Below, piece after piece: positions 50,719-61,670 of a stretch of DNA of 64,000 bases (positions within the stretch are counted from its first letter, which is position 1; each line of letters begins with the position of its first letter). A program made the translations under genes and the position numbers. Source of the stretch: Azolla caroliniana (lineage: Eukaryota; Plantae; Polypodiophyta); assembly GCA_043228905.1 (NCBI GenBank), contig JBHGNT010000018.1:12896001-12960000 (forward strand). Direction: 5' to 3'. The notes beneath the pieces were generated by a model. The model worked only from the letters and a program-made list of their open reading frames with translations, searched no databases and had not been told where the DNA came from.

Positions 50719-53700
50719 TGTCGTGCCATTCGGCTCCGGATCGTTGCGTGAGTTGGGTGGGAACCGTCGAGGTTTTGGACTAGGAGGAAGAAAAATACAA
50801 ATAGGGCGAGTAAAGAATAGGTATAAAGAGTTATAAGATAAGAATCTCGTGAATCCCACGAGTTTAGTATATTTAGTCAATATTTAGGTAGTAAGAGAGA
50901 ATTATTTTAGCAAATTCGTGAATCCCACGAATATTTTAGATTGATTGATCATTATAGAAAAATAATCAACAATAACTACAATGTGCTCCCCATCCGTATA
51001 TAGTGATGGGAGAGACTAAGGATAGCTACATGCTTTTTTCTAATATGTTCATGCACACTAAATGTGCATGTGATACTTTTCTAATCCTTGCTTTTATTTG
51101 CTAAATATAGTGCTCATGCTTGCTAGATGTGCATGAGTCACTTTTTAGTTGCTTGAGTTTTTCTATAAAATATTCATGCACTCTAAAATTACATGATTTA
51201 CCTTTTAATAAAGGTAGGCGCAAATATAGCACTTATAGTTATTAAATCTATTTGTGGAACATTAAAGATAAGGTAGCATAATGGTAAAGTTGAGGTTTGG
51301 CTACGTGGAGGTACAAGGTTTGAATCGTACCCTATGCATGTGATAAATATTTTGATATTCTTATTTTATTTATTTATATGTAATTAAATCGGTTATATTA
51401 TTTTTACTTTTTCACGTAGTGTACGAAATACACTACGACACTCGCCCCCTCCGAACCCGCACATGCTCCGGTATGTGCCGAAGTTGCCGATGCTCGTTGT
51501 CTCCCCTTCATCCTCCGTTTGTCCCGCTATGTCAACTTTGTCTCTCCATTTTGAGTAGACCCATTCTTTCCACCCGAACCATTGTCGCCATCCGATCCAC
51601 CATATTCTTTGTTCTCTCTCGTCATATTCTTGGCCCTTGTCATTCGTGGTAGTGTCTTTTACTGGCCTCTTTCTTGTCTTCATCAACCTTGACTTTTTTC
51701 CGGATCGCTCTCGTCCGATCGACTTTCGGTTTGATCGGCTTCCGATCAGATTCGTATTCGGCGGAATCGGAATCGGTTGTTCGGTTTCGATTGAGTCGGT
51801 CTCCTTCCGGCCCGGTTTCGATCTATCGGTTTCGGTTTCAGTTGGCTTTCTTTTCCTCTTTTCACCAGCCTCGACCGGTCCAACCTCCGATTGAGTCGGA
51901 TTAGCTTCTTTCCGGATCGGTCTCGTCCGATCAGCTTTCGGCTAGGTCGGCTTCCATCCATATTCGCGTTCGGCCAAGTCAGACTCGGTCGATCGGTTTT
52001 GACCGAGTCGACCCCTTTTCGGGTCGGCTTTCTTTCAGGTCGTCTTTCGGCCGAATCCTCATTCGCCCGGTTCGGCTTTCTTTCGGATCGGAATCCCGTC
52101 CGGATCACCTTCCATCCGAACCGGCTTCCGACTTTACCTTTCTTGCTGCCACCTCCCGTCTCTCCGGTCTCACGTTGGTTCTCGAACACAACCGCCGAAG
52201 TCTCTAGAATTAGTGGGTAGGAATCCTCGGTATTATCATCCTCCGTTGTTTCACCCATAGCCATATTCTCGACTATCTCTCCGTCATCGGCTTTGACCTT
52301 TGTTTTCTCTCTGCCACCTTCCATCTCTTCGGTCTCACGTTGCCTTTCGAACGCAACCGCCGGAGTCTCTGGAATCAGTGGTGGGGAAGTCTTGATATGG
52401 CCATCCGTCGTTGATTCATCCATAGCCACCTTTGATTCCATGTCATCTTTCGTGGCGACCTCCTCAATCAAGTCCTCCTTGCTCTCTTTCACTGCATCAA
52501 TTATGCTTACCCCTTTTTCACCCGATGTTTCGGACACTTGTATTATGAAATCTTCTTCTACACTTGGGTTATCAGCCTTATCATTCGTCATTGTTCTTTC
52601 GCAAGACAAGAGGGTAGCTTGTTTTACACCCTCTTCCGTCGCACCATCATGTTGTATTTCGGCCTTCATATCGGCTCCATCGTTTGTCTTCAATCGACCA
52701 TCCTTCATCGGCCATGTCGTTGACAAGATTCTCATCTTCCTCTCATCATGTCTCCGGCATACCCTTTGGACTTCGGCCCAATCTTCGGTAAGACCATTCG
52801 CACTGTCATCGTCTTTGAGTTCGATCCCGATGTCCATCCTTTCTTTTCGATCGATTGATTTTACGAACATTAGGACTTTATCCTCCCCCACCAATCGTTG
52901 TTCCCGCTCCGAGAGTCGAGCAAGACGATGCTCGAACTCTAGGAATGCTTGTGTTGCACTTCGGTGGGTCTTCTCCGATGCCACCCATTCGTCAAACTCG
53001 CGTCGATCTCGTCCCTTCGATCTCTCGTAGTCATATGCCTCTTGTAAAGCTTCTTCAAAGGACCCCCATGTTGGATTTTGTTGCCGTATCTTGTAGATTC
53101 TTTCTTGTAACTCATCCGTGGCTACCCGACTGAAAGATATCACTTGCAATCCTTCCGGTATCCCACATCGCATCATCTCCGCCTTGTAGTCATGTAGATA
53201 GCGTGACACATCATTTCCGTTGAATTGCCCGTTTTGTTGCACAAGCCGCTCTATTGCCGACTTCATCTCTGACATCGCACGTTGCTCTTGTTGCATCCGC
53301 TCAATCATCATCATCATCATGCTCATCACCTCTTGTTGATTTTCCATCTCCTTGCCACCCGTCTTCACGTCGGCTTCACCAACTGTGTCGTGCCTTTCGG
53401 CTCCGGATCGTTGCGTGAGTCGGGTGGGAACTATCGAGGTTTTGGACTAGGAGGAAGAAAAATACAAATAAGGCGAGTAAAGAATAGGTATAAAGAGTTA
53501 TAAGATAAGAATCTTGTGAATCCCACGAGTTTAGTATATTTAGTCAATATTTAGGTAGTAATAGAGAATTATTTTAGCAAATTCGTGAATCCCACAAATA
53601 TTTTAGATTGATTGATCATTATAGAAAAATAATCAACAATAACTACAATGTGCTCCCCATCCGTATATAGTGATGGGAGAGACTAAGCATAGCTACATGC

Positions 53701-54107
53701 TTTTTTCTAATATGTTCATGCACACTAAATGTGCATGTGATACTTTTCTAATCCTTGCTTTTATTTGCTAAATATAGTGCTCATGCCCGCTAGATGTGCA
53801 TGAGTCACTTTTTAGTTGCTTGCGTTTTTCTATAAAATATTCACGGACTCTAAAAATACATGATTTACCTTTTAATAAAGGTAGGCGCAAATAAAGCACT
53901 TATAGTTATTAAATCTATTTGTAGAACACTAAAGATAAGGTAGCATAATGGTAAAGTTGAGGTTTGGCTACGTGGAGGTACAAGGTTTGAATCGTACCCT
54001 ATGCATGTGATAAATATTTTGATATTCTTATTTTATTTATTTATATGTAATTAAATCGGTTATATTATTTTTACTTTTTCACGTAGTGTACGAAATACAC
54101 TACGACA
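50719..54107 (-). mobile_element. Non-autonomous gag-only LTR element I (TR-GAG-like), inserted in LTR J
   Basis: 722-bp LTRs 50719-51440 and 53386-54107; TSD ACGT; PBS TGGTGAAGCCGACGTGAA at 53364-53381; PPT 51441-51453; no pol. Confidence 0.93.
51746..53368 (-). CDS. Gag-like protein of I, 540 aa: capsid-like N-terminus plus acidic and basic low-complexity extension
   Basis: GQFNGNDVSRYL..TWGSFEEAL..DKVLMFVKSID..GLTEDW aligns with the M gag N-terminus; no zinc knuckle or protease. Confidence 0.85.
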   Translation of the reverse strand: MKTGGKEMENQQEVMSMMMMMIERMQQEQRAMSEMKSAIERLVQQNGQFNGNDVSRYLHDYKAEMMRCGIPEGLQVISFSRVATDELQERIYKIRQQNPTWGSFEEALQEAYDYERSKGRDRREFDEWVASEKTHRSATQAFLEFEHRLARLSEREQRLVGEDKVLMFVKSIDRKERMDIGIELKDDDSANGLTEDWAEVQRVCRRHDERKMRILSTTWPMKDGRLKTNDGADMKAEIQHDGATEEGVKQATLLSCERTMTNDKADNPSVEEDFIIQVSETSGEKGVSIIDAVKESKEDLIEEVATKDDMESKVAMDESTTDGHIKTSPPLIPETPAVAFERQRETEEMEGGREKTKVKADDGEIVENMAMGETTEDDNTEDSYPLILETSAVVFENQRETGETGGGSKKGKVGSRFGWKVIRTGFRSERKPNRANEDSAERRPERKPTRKGVDSVKTDRPSLTWPNANMDGSRPSRKLIGRDRSGKKLIRLNRRLDRSRLVKRGKESQLKPKPIDRNRAGRRPTQSKPNNRFRFRRIRI

Positions 54108-54683
54108 ACGTAGTGTACAAAGTACACCACGACACTCACCCCCTCCGAACCTGCACATCCTCGGGTATGTGCCAAAGCTTCTGTTGCTTGTTATTCGCCT
54201 TCATGCGTAGCACTCTCTAATTCTCCCCTCATGTCGATTATCAATTGTAGTCCACTTTCCTCGCTTTCCGCATCACCGCGATCTTTGTCCGATTGCTCCT
54301 CGTTGTCGGTCTTGTCTAAGCTTACATAAGGTTCGTCATCAGTTTACTTCTTGAAAATCTTCACCCGTTTCCCCGCTATAGGCACCTATAGTATTGTTCC
54401 ATCCAACTCGCATAGTCGGTAAGTTCCGTTGTCAAAAACTTTCCGAACCTTCTATGGCCCGAACCACCTTTTAGCGAACTTCCGTATTGTTGTATGTTGA
54501 TGATCCAAAATACTGTCATAGAAAATGACCCAATCTCCTTCTTCAATCTTCCATGGTTGTAGTCGATGCTTTGTGTCGAATCGACTTTCGTTCCGGAATC
54601 GTGCTTCCTTTTGTTGGCGTGTTGCTTCCGCTATGTCTTCCGGTCTTCCCTCTAGTTGTCGTATCCGGAGCACTAGTAGTTCT

Positions 54684-55232
54684 TCCCGGCTCATTTCTTC
54701 CTTCCACGGTAGCACTGTCCATGTTGCAATTGCGGTTTCCGTCGGCATTACCGGTGCTTGTCCGGTCATAAGTTCTGCTGGCATATAACTGGTCACGGAA
54801 CTATGCATCGTGCGATTCACCCATAGTGCATGCGGAAGCATCTGCAGCCAATCCTTCACGCTTTCGTCCCAGCTCATTTCTTCCTTCCACGGTAGCACTG
54901 TCCATGTTGCAATTGCGGTTTCCGTCGACATTATCGGTGCTTGTCCGGTCATAAGTTCTGCTGGCATATAACTGGTCACGGAACTATGCATCGTGCGATT
55001 CGCCCATAGTGCATGCGGAAGCATCTGCAACCAATCCTTCACGCTTTCGTCCCGGCTCATTTCTTCCTTCCACGGTAGCACTGTCCATGTTGCAATTGCG
55101 GTTTCCGTCGGCATTACCGGTGCTTGTCCGGTCATAAGTTCTGCTGGCATATAACTGGTCACGGAACTATGCATCGTGCGATTCGCCCATAGTGCATGCG
55201 GAAGCATCTGCAGCCAATCCTTCACGCTTTCA
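54684..55232. repeat. In-frame 183-bp x3 tandem repeat inside J integrase
   Basis: Units start at 54684, 54867 and 55050; 61-aa unit DESVKDWLQMLPHALW...WKEEMSR repeated three times. Confidence 0.95.
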
Positions 55233-56570
55233 TCGCATGCTTTTGCAAGTGCTTTGACGATTGGACTATGTCCTCGTTCGATCTTCCCGTTGGCTTCCGA
55301 ATTGTATGTCGTGGTTAGTGTTAACCGTACTCCATGTCTGACAAAGAATTCCCCAGCTTTATCAGAGTCAAGTTCTCCCCGATCCGCAATCACTTGTCCT
55401 ACGCACCCGTACCTGCAGAACACTTCTTCCAAGAGAAATTGGCAGACTACATAACATGTTTTCCTCTGTAGTGCCCGTCCTTCTACTTGGTTTGTCAAAT
55501 CTTCCCGGGCTAACACCAAATACTTCTTTTGTCCAATCCCGGTTGGGATGGCCACAATGTCGACCATCCATTTGAAGTTGATTGTTGGTGAGAATTTCGG
55601 ATGTAATTCATCTCGGTGTCGATTTGACATTTCTCACAGCTTTCCATGAACTCCGTTACATATGCAATCCATCTTAGCATAGCCACATCCGGTATTGTGC
55701 AACACCGCATCATCCCGAGTATCGAAAGACAATCCGTTTCGATCACTACTTTGGCTCCGATCAAGTAATCTCGATCTAATTTTATCGCCGACACGACTCC
55801 CCATAATTCTCTTTTAACTTGTGCATATCCGCATTGCCTTTCGTTGAGAACCATTGCTCTAAATCGGATCGGATATCATGAACCATCCAAATCCGCTTGA
55901 TTGATGACCCATACGATCCTGGTTGGACTTGTATCAACCATTACTATAATCGGTCGGTCATAGTTCAACTTCTTAAGTGCTTCTACCCTCCGCAGTGATT
56001 TCTTGAGCTTCTTCACGGATTTGGTATGATCCGGTTTCCATTCGAACTTTTGTCCCTTCTGTAACAAGTGATAGAGTGGGTCCTGAATGTGTGCATAGTG
56101 CGGGATCCATATGTGATAAAATGCACATGCCCCAAGAAACCTACGGACTTCAGATTGTGACTCGCATATTTCTTTCATAGCTTGAATCGCATCAATCGTG
56201 GTTGGTAACGGTCTTCGACCGTAGAGCCCACATAGATGTCCGACAACCAATATCCCTTCTTGCCCAAATACTGATTTCTCTCCGAAGAGTGTTAGGTGCA
56301 CATCTTCTAACTTCCTTAACACTTTCTCACAATCATGAATATGATCGAATACGAACTTTCGGCATCCCTAATCATCCATAGTGTCATCTTTTTCTTCCAC
56401 CACACATCCTTTTATCGGAATGTCATCTAGGAATGACATCATTATCTCCGGAATGCAGTCCCAGAGCACCTTGTTCATCGCATTCATCATATGTGCAACC
56501 GAGTTCGTCGCGCCTTGTGGTAGCATGCACATCCGGACTAATCCTATCGGTGTCCACATGGTAGTGATGT

Positions 56571-58712
56571 TGTTGTTGGGGTGGGGGGTGAAGCCTAGAA
56601 TGGCTTCACCCCCCCTCCCAAGGGGAGTTACGTTAGAAAGAGCGAAGAAGAATGAGAATACAAAAGGACACAAAAATGAGAGGGGGAAATTTGTATCTTC
56701 CATTACATACCCCATAAAGGATTTATATAGTACATAGTGTAACGGCTAATAATATGACCATTACAAAAAGAAGACCATTACATGCTTGTCACATGCAGAT
56801 AACTGTGGATGTGTTTACATAAATATTTATCCTCATTCACACTTTCTTACATTACACAAACGGAACAACCCCTTTAACGTGTTTTACCCTTATACCGGCC
56901 CGTACAAATCTTATGGGTAACACATGGCACGCTTGGGGGACAGTGCATCGCACGGTGAACCCACTCACCATGGAAACTATTAACGACCAGAACTCCATCG
57001 TTCGTCTTAATGGTCGGAAATCGATCGACCGGATCATAGCTTTATGATCGATAACCTCAATCGGAGCATTGCTTGACTCGAACCTTCTTGTTCAGTCAAC
57101 ATGTCGCTCAATTGGATCGCACACCAATTGGCTCATCCATTGCGGCATGGGTCTTTCATGATTATGTTACATGTATGTGTATTTTTCGGTTTTATCATGT
57201 GAATTGAGCTTTGTATTTTGTACCCTTGGTCTCTAAAAATTTTACCATCAATATTTTTGAAATTTTATTTTCGGCACTTGAGTTTTCGAAATTTTCACTA
57301 TGCCCTCTCCTTTCTCTTTCTTTCATTTTGTCTCCGTGTGCTCCTCTGTTGCTTCTTGTCTTTCTCCGCTTCTTCTCTTCTTTCTCTTTTCTACTGATGT
57401 TGCTTCCTTCATCTTTTCTGTCTTGTTGCTTCTACGACTTCTCCTTCTTCTTCTTCTCTATCGTTGCCCTTCTTCTTTCTTGATTTTTTCTTCTTTTCCC
57501 TTTCTCTTCGCTTTGGTGCTACAATCTTTTGTCCGGAAGTTGGCACTGGCCATTAGCTATCCGACGGCTCTCGGACGTCTGTCCGGCGTTGTCCGATGGC
57601 TCTCGACAATTTCTGTCCGCTGACCGTCGGTCGTTTGTTCGACGTTGTCTTTACGGTTGTCAAACTGTCAGTTATCTCTTTACAGCGGCCGTCTCTACGG
57701 TCTGTCCGACTAGTTGTCGGGAATTATCGTCTGCCGCCCGACTCTGTCGGTGTCTAGTCCGACTATTGGCTGTCTGTCTGACCATGGCTGCTCGTCGGTT
57801 GCCGATTGCCATACTGGCTGGCCACTAGTCGTGTCTGCTTTCGGCCATCTATCTATGGCCGTTTATGTACGCCGATCGTCGTTGCCTGTTGTCTAGCCAG
57901 CTTTCCGTGGGTATGTGTCCGCCTACTACCAGACCGTCTGTCAATGTTTGTTGGCTTTGTCGGACATTTGCCATTTGTTCAGCTATCTCCACTGGCTAGC
58001 CGTGGTCATCTCTCTATTACACTCTCGACCGCACATCTCGGTCGTACTCTCGACCACGCGTGACAGCCGTGCTCTCGGTCACGCGTCTCGGTCGTGCTCT
58101 CGGTCATGCATCTTGGCCGTGCTTCTCATCCATACTCTCGGCCACGCATCTCGGCCACTTCTGTTCAGCCCGTTGTCCCTATCTTTTCGGCCCTCTACGG
58201 GACGCTGGCCATCTCTTTGCCAGTTCGGTTGTGGCTATGCGGTGGCTATCTTTGTTTAGGGCCGTCTTAGTCCGGCTACTGGACTATCTTTTTCTACCCG
58301 ATTGGCGCCATCTATCTGATTGTCGCACCTTTGTTAGATTGTATGGCCACCTATGCCACCGTTGAGACACATCTTCTTCAAGCTTTGATTTTGATAGTGA
58401 AGATGATGATCCTTCCGCACATCTATGCAAGGAGAACACGCCTCATATACCAAGTGATCCAAGCCTCCATAGTGATTGACAGTCCTCCTTTATGAATCGA
58501 TTGTGATCTTGTTCTTTGTTTACATTAGCACAATAGCATCACACACACAACCATGGGAGGTATAGTGATCCCCAACAATGCTTGATGTAGATCCATCACT
58601 ATATTCAATTGCTCTATTTGGATTGAAGCAGGAATGAGGCATTATATTGTGGGGAAAACTGGAAAAACTTCTCAAATGGAACGCCCACCATTTTTATGGT
58701 GGGACCAACACA

Positions 58713-58757
<45 letters not shown>

Positions 58758-59534
58758 CATAGCTGCAAACACAAAGATGAAGAGAGTTGAAGATATAGAG
58801 ATGAACTCTTGGGTGGCTAGGGTTTTAGACAGAGAGAGTGAGGAAAGGGGTTGAAAGCAAGATCATAAACACATATTGGGATGGGGAAAGTGATGTGTAG
58901 GTGATGTTGTGGACATGGTGCAACAAGAACTGATAAAGGGGTAGGCAGAGAAGCAGAAGAGGAGAAGAGAGTCTTCTTTTCAAGGGAATAATGTTGATAT
59001 CTCCATCACAGGCTAGCTCCCACACAAAGAGTTCATCCACCACACCATACTCTCAACTCAAACACTAACATACACATACAGAGAGAGGGAGACATAGAGA
59101 TCAGTGATGGAGAGGGAGAGTGAAGGAGGGAGAGAGTGACCTCTTCTCAAGGGAGGTTGGTCGTTCGGGCATGCCAAAAGTGTTGTTGGGGTGGGGGGTG
59201 AAGCCTAGAATGGCTTCAACCCCCCTCCCAAGGGGAGTTACGTTAGAAAGAGCGAAGAAGAGTGAAAATACAAAAGGACACAAAAATGAGAGGGGGAAAA
59301 TTGTATCTTCCATTACATACCCCATAAAGGGTTTATATATAGTACATAGTATAACGGCTAATAATATGACCGTTACAAAAAGAAGACCATTACATGCTTG
59401 TCACATGCACATGATTGTGCATGTGTTTACACAAATATTTATCCTCATTCACACTCTCTTACATTACACAAACAGAACAACCCCTTTAACGTGTTTTACC
59501 CTTATACCGCCTCGTACAAATCCTACGGGTAACA
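56571..59534. mobile_element. Non-coding LTR element L (LARD/TRIM-like), orientation ambiguous, nested in J RT
   Basis: ~353-bp LTRs 56571-56922 and 59181-59534 (TGTTG..TAACA); 5-bp TSD GATGT; no recognisable retro-domain in the 2.26-kb interior. Confidence 0.9.
58716..58757. repeat. (CA)n microsatellite
   Basis: About 20 uninterrupted CA units. Confidence 0.95.
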
Positions 59535-61007
59535 GATGTCTCGGCTCTCCATGGCTAGTTGGAATTGGTCATACCTGGACTATAGGTCTTCGGTGGTGTA
59601 TATCGCGACCCGCAAACACTTCCACAAATTCGCCCACTATCAGACCGACTCTAGAGTTCCGGATCATGGACTTGTTTACCGATTGCAAATCTTGAATAAA
59701 CCGGAGTGACCCATTCTTCTTCGGAACCGTAAACCATCAATTTGAGTATGGAGCATTTGATGGCTCTAGAATCCCCATCGCCACCTTCTCCTTGAGCAAG
59801 TCAATGATTTTCGGAATATGCACCTGTGGCACCGGAATCGGCTGCAGGTTCCACGACACATGATCAATCGTGAAGATCACCATCGCCTCCACTATCTTCA
59901 GATCAACACACCCTATCTCTCTCAATGTGAATGCAAATGCTCTTCCATGCTGCTCCAACATCTCACGAAACCGTTCTTCTTCATTTTGCGAGAGGAAATC
60001 ACTTCCACCAATCCGAAGTTTTTTCCGGGTCTCATCCATGAAGGCATGTCCGATATCCACAGACTTCCGAAGTGTCAGATCTCCCGAGACTTCTTTCCTC
60101 TTTTGTTCGCTATAGGCGGGTAGCGGTCCTGCGGACGATTTCACCTTCTTTTCCACAGTCTTATATTTCGTACATACCATTGCTTCTTCTTTGCGGAGTG
60201 CATCCGGCCCCATTTTCGCAATGATCTCGTACATCTCGACCGATTCCACCAGAACTACCTGGTCTCCCTAGCTATTCTCTTCTTCAAGCTCTTCAAGCCG
60301 TTGTAGCATGCTCCCATAGAACACTTCTTCGACTACTTCCACGATTTCTTCATTTTCTTTTATTATTGATGCAGACGGTAACTCATCTTGCACCTTTTGG
60401 AATTCTTCCTTCATTACTCCGGTTACGGCCGTGTACGTAGATGCCGCCCCATCTGTACCGATTCGTACTTGTTTTGCTCCGAGGGTTTTCTTCCTGTGTG
60501 GGGTATCAGGGCTTCTCAGATTATTACTTCCCCACTCCGCAACGGTCCGCTTTAAAAATCCATTTTTGTTTGGGACAAAGGCTCTCTTTTGTTCCTTTCG
60601 TGCGCCGTCGTTTCTCATCTACATACACCTCATGTAATTGGCATAGGGCATACACGCTATTCTTTTCGACGGGGCACTCCCATCCCGTTGTCGTGTGGTT
60701 TGTCACACACGATATGAAAACTAGTAAAAATAATAATATTTAAGATTAGCTTAATGTATTCATATGGGAAGATAGATGTCTTCAAGAGCTTCATAATGTA
60801 TTTTACTACGCATCAAACGGATAAACAAGTATGAAGTTATGTGAGTGTGAAGTTTCAAGAAAAAAAAAAAAAAAAAGACAAAACTGTGAGATATCCCATA
60901 TAGATAGGACAACATTGGAACCCAAGATATATAAGGGAAACCAGAACATATTCATTCTATCAATTTGTGGAGCATAGAATTTTCAAGGTGACTTGGGCTA
61001 CACTGTG

Positions 61008-61500
61008 TGGTGTGGACGCTTCAGGTGTACGCGCGTATGCACGGCCAAGTGGACGCTTCGCGTGTGCACAACCGCGTGGACGTTTTCGGACGTGGACGCT
61101 TCGGGTGTATGCGTGTATGTGCATATGCACAGTCGTGTGGACGCTTCGGGTGTACGTGCATATGTGCGTATGCACGGCCGTGTGGACGCTTCGGGTGTAC
61201 ATGCATGTGCACGGCCGTGTGGATGTTTTCGGACGTACGCGCGTGTGCAAATTCCGGGCGTACGCATGCAGGACTGCGTGGACGTTTCAGACGGATGCGT
61301 GTGTGCAGACGAGCGCGCGAATGCGTACACGGCGAATGCATACACGATGCGTACATGGTGTGGTCGGGATGCGTGTGTGTGCGGATGCGTACACGGCGCG
61401 GTCGGGACGCGCGCGTGCGTGGATGCGTACATTGCACAGTCGGGACTTTTGCGCGCGGACGCGTCTACGGTTCGGTATCGACGCATGTACGGATTGCGCA
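61008..61500. repeat. Degenerate GTGGACGCTTCGGGTGTA-type tandem repeats with alternating purine-pyrimidine tracts in LTR K
   Basis: GTGGACG(C/T)TT recurs about every 20-45 bp. Confidence 0.85.
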
Positions 61501-61553
61501 CGGGCTAAACTTTATGGATGATTGGGTAATTTGGCCGAATTATACGGACGGAC

Positions 61554-61670
61554 GCATGCAACTAAAAGCCAAGGCCATGCAACTAAAAGTAAAAGGCATG
61601 CAAGTAAAAATGGAAGCATGCAACTAAAAGTAGAGGCCATGCAACTAAAAGTGGACATGCAAAGTAACAT
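61554..61670 (+). repeat. ~21-bp tandem repeat (CATGCAACTAAAAG) x6 in LTR K
   Basis: Directly visible; each unit carries CATGCA. Confidence 0.9.

Larger units (their letters stand above)
49829..60688 (-). mobile_element. Ty3/gypsy element J (Phygy-like), degenerate, with nested I, L and K; 5' part beyond K
   Basis: 3' LTR split as 49829-~50349, ~50622-50718 and 54108-54134; PPT 54135-54147; INT 54452-55630; RH/RT 55650-56570 and 59535-60250; gag remnant TGWECPVEK up to 60688. Confidence 0.85.

Noticed and set aside
57211-58365. Hydrophobic ORFs as an env-like or membrane protein in L
   Set aside because: They derive from CT-rich low-complexity sequence; short, in several frames, with no recognisable motif.
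59120-59695. 191-aa ORF
   Set aside because: Spans L interior, LTR and antisense J RT, so it is a junction artefact.
60960-61627. Six overlapping 96-206 aa ORFs, or a CRISPR-like array
   Set aside because: Stop-poor degenerate tandem repeats inside LTR K; no constant repeat with unique spacers, no cas genes, eukaryotic context.
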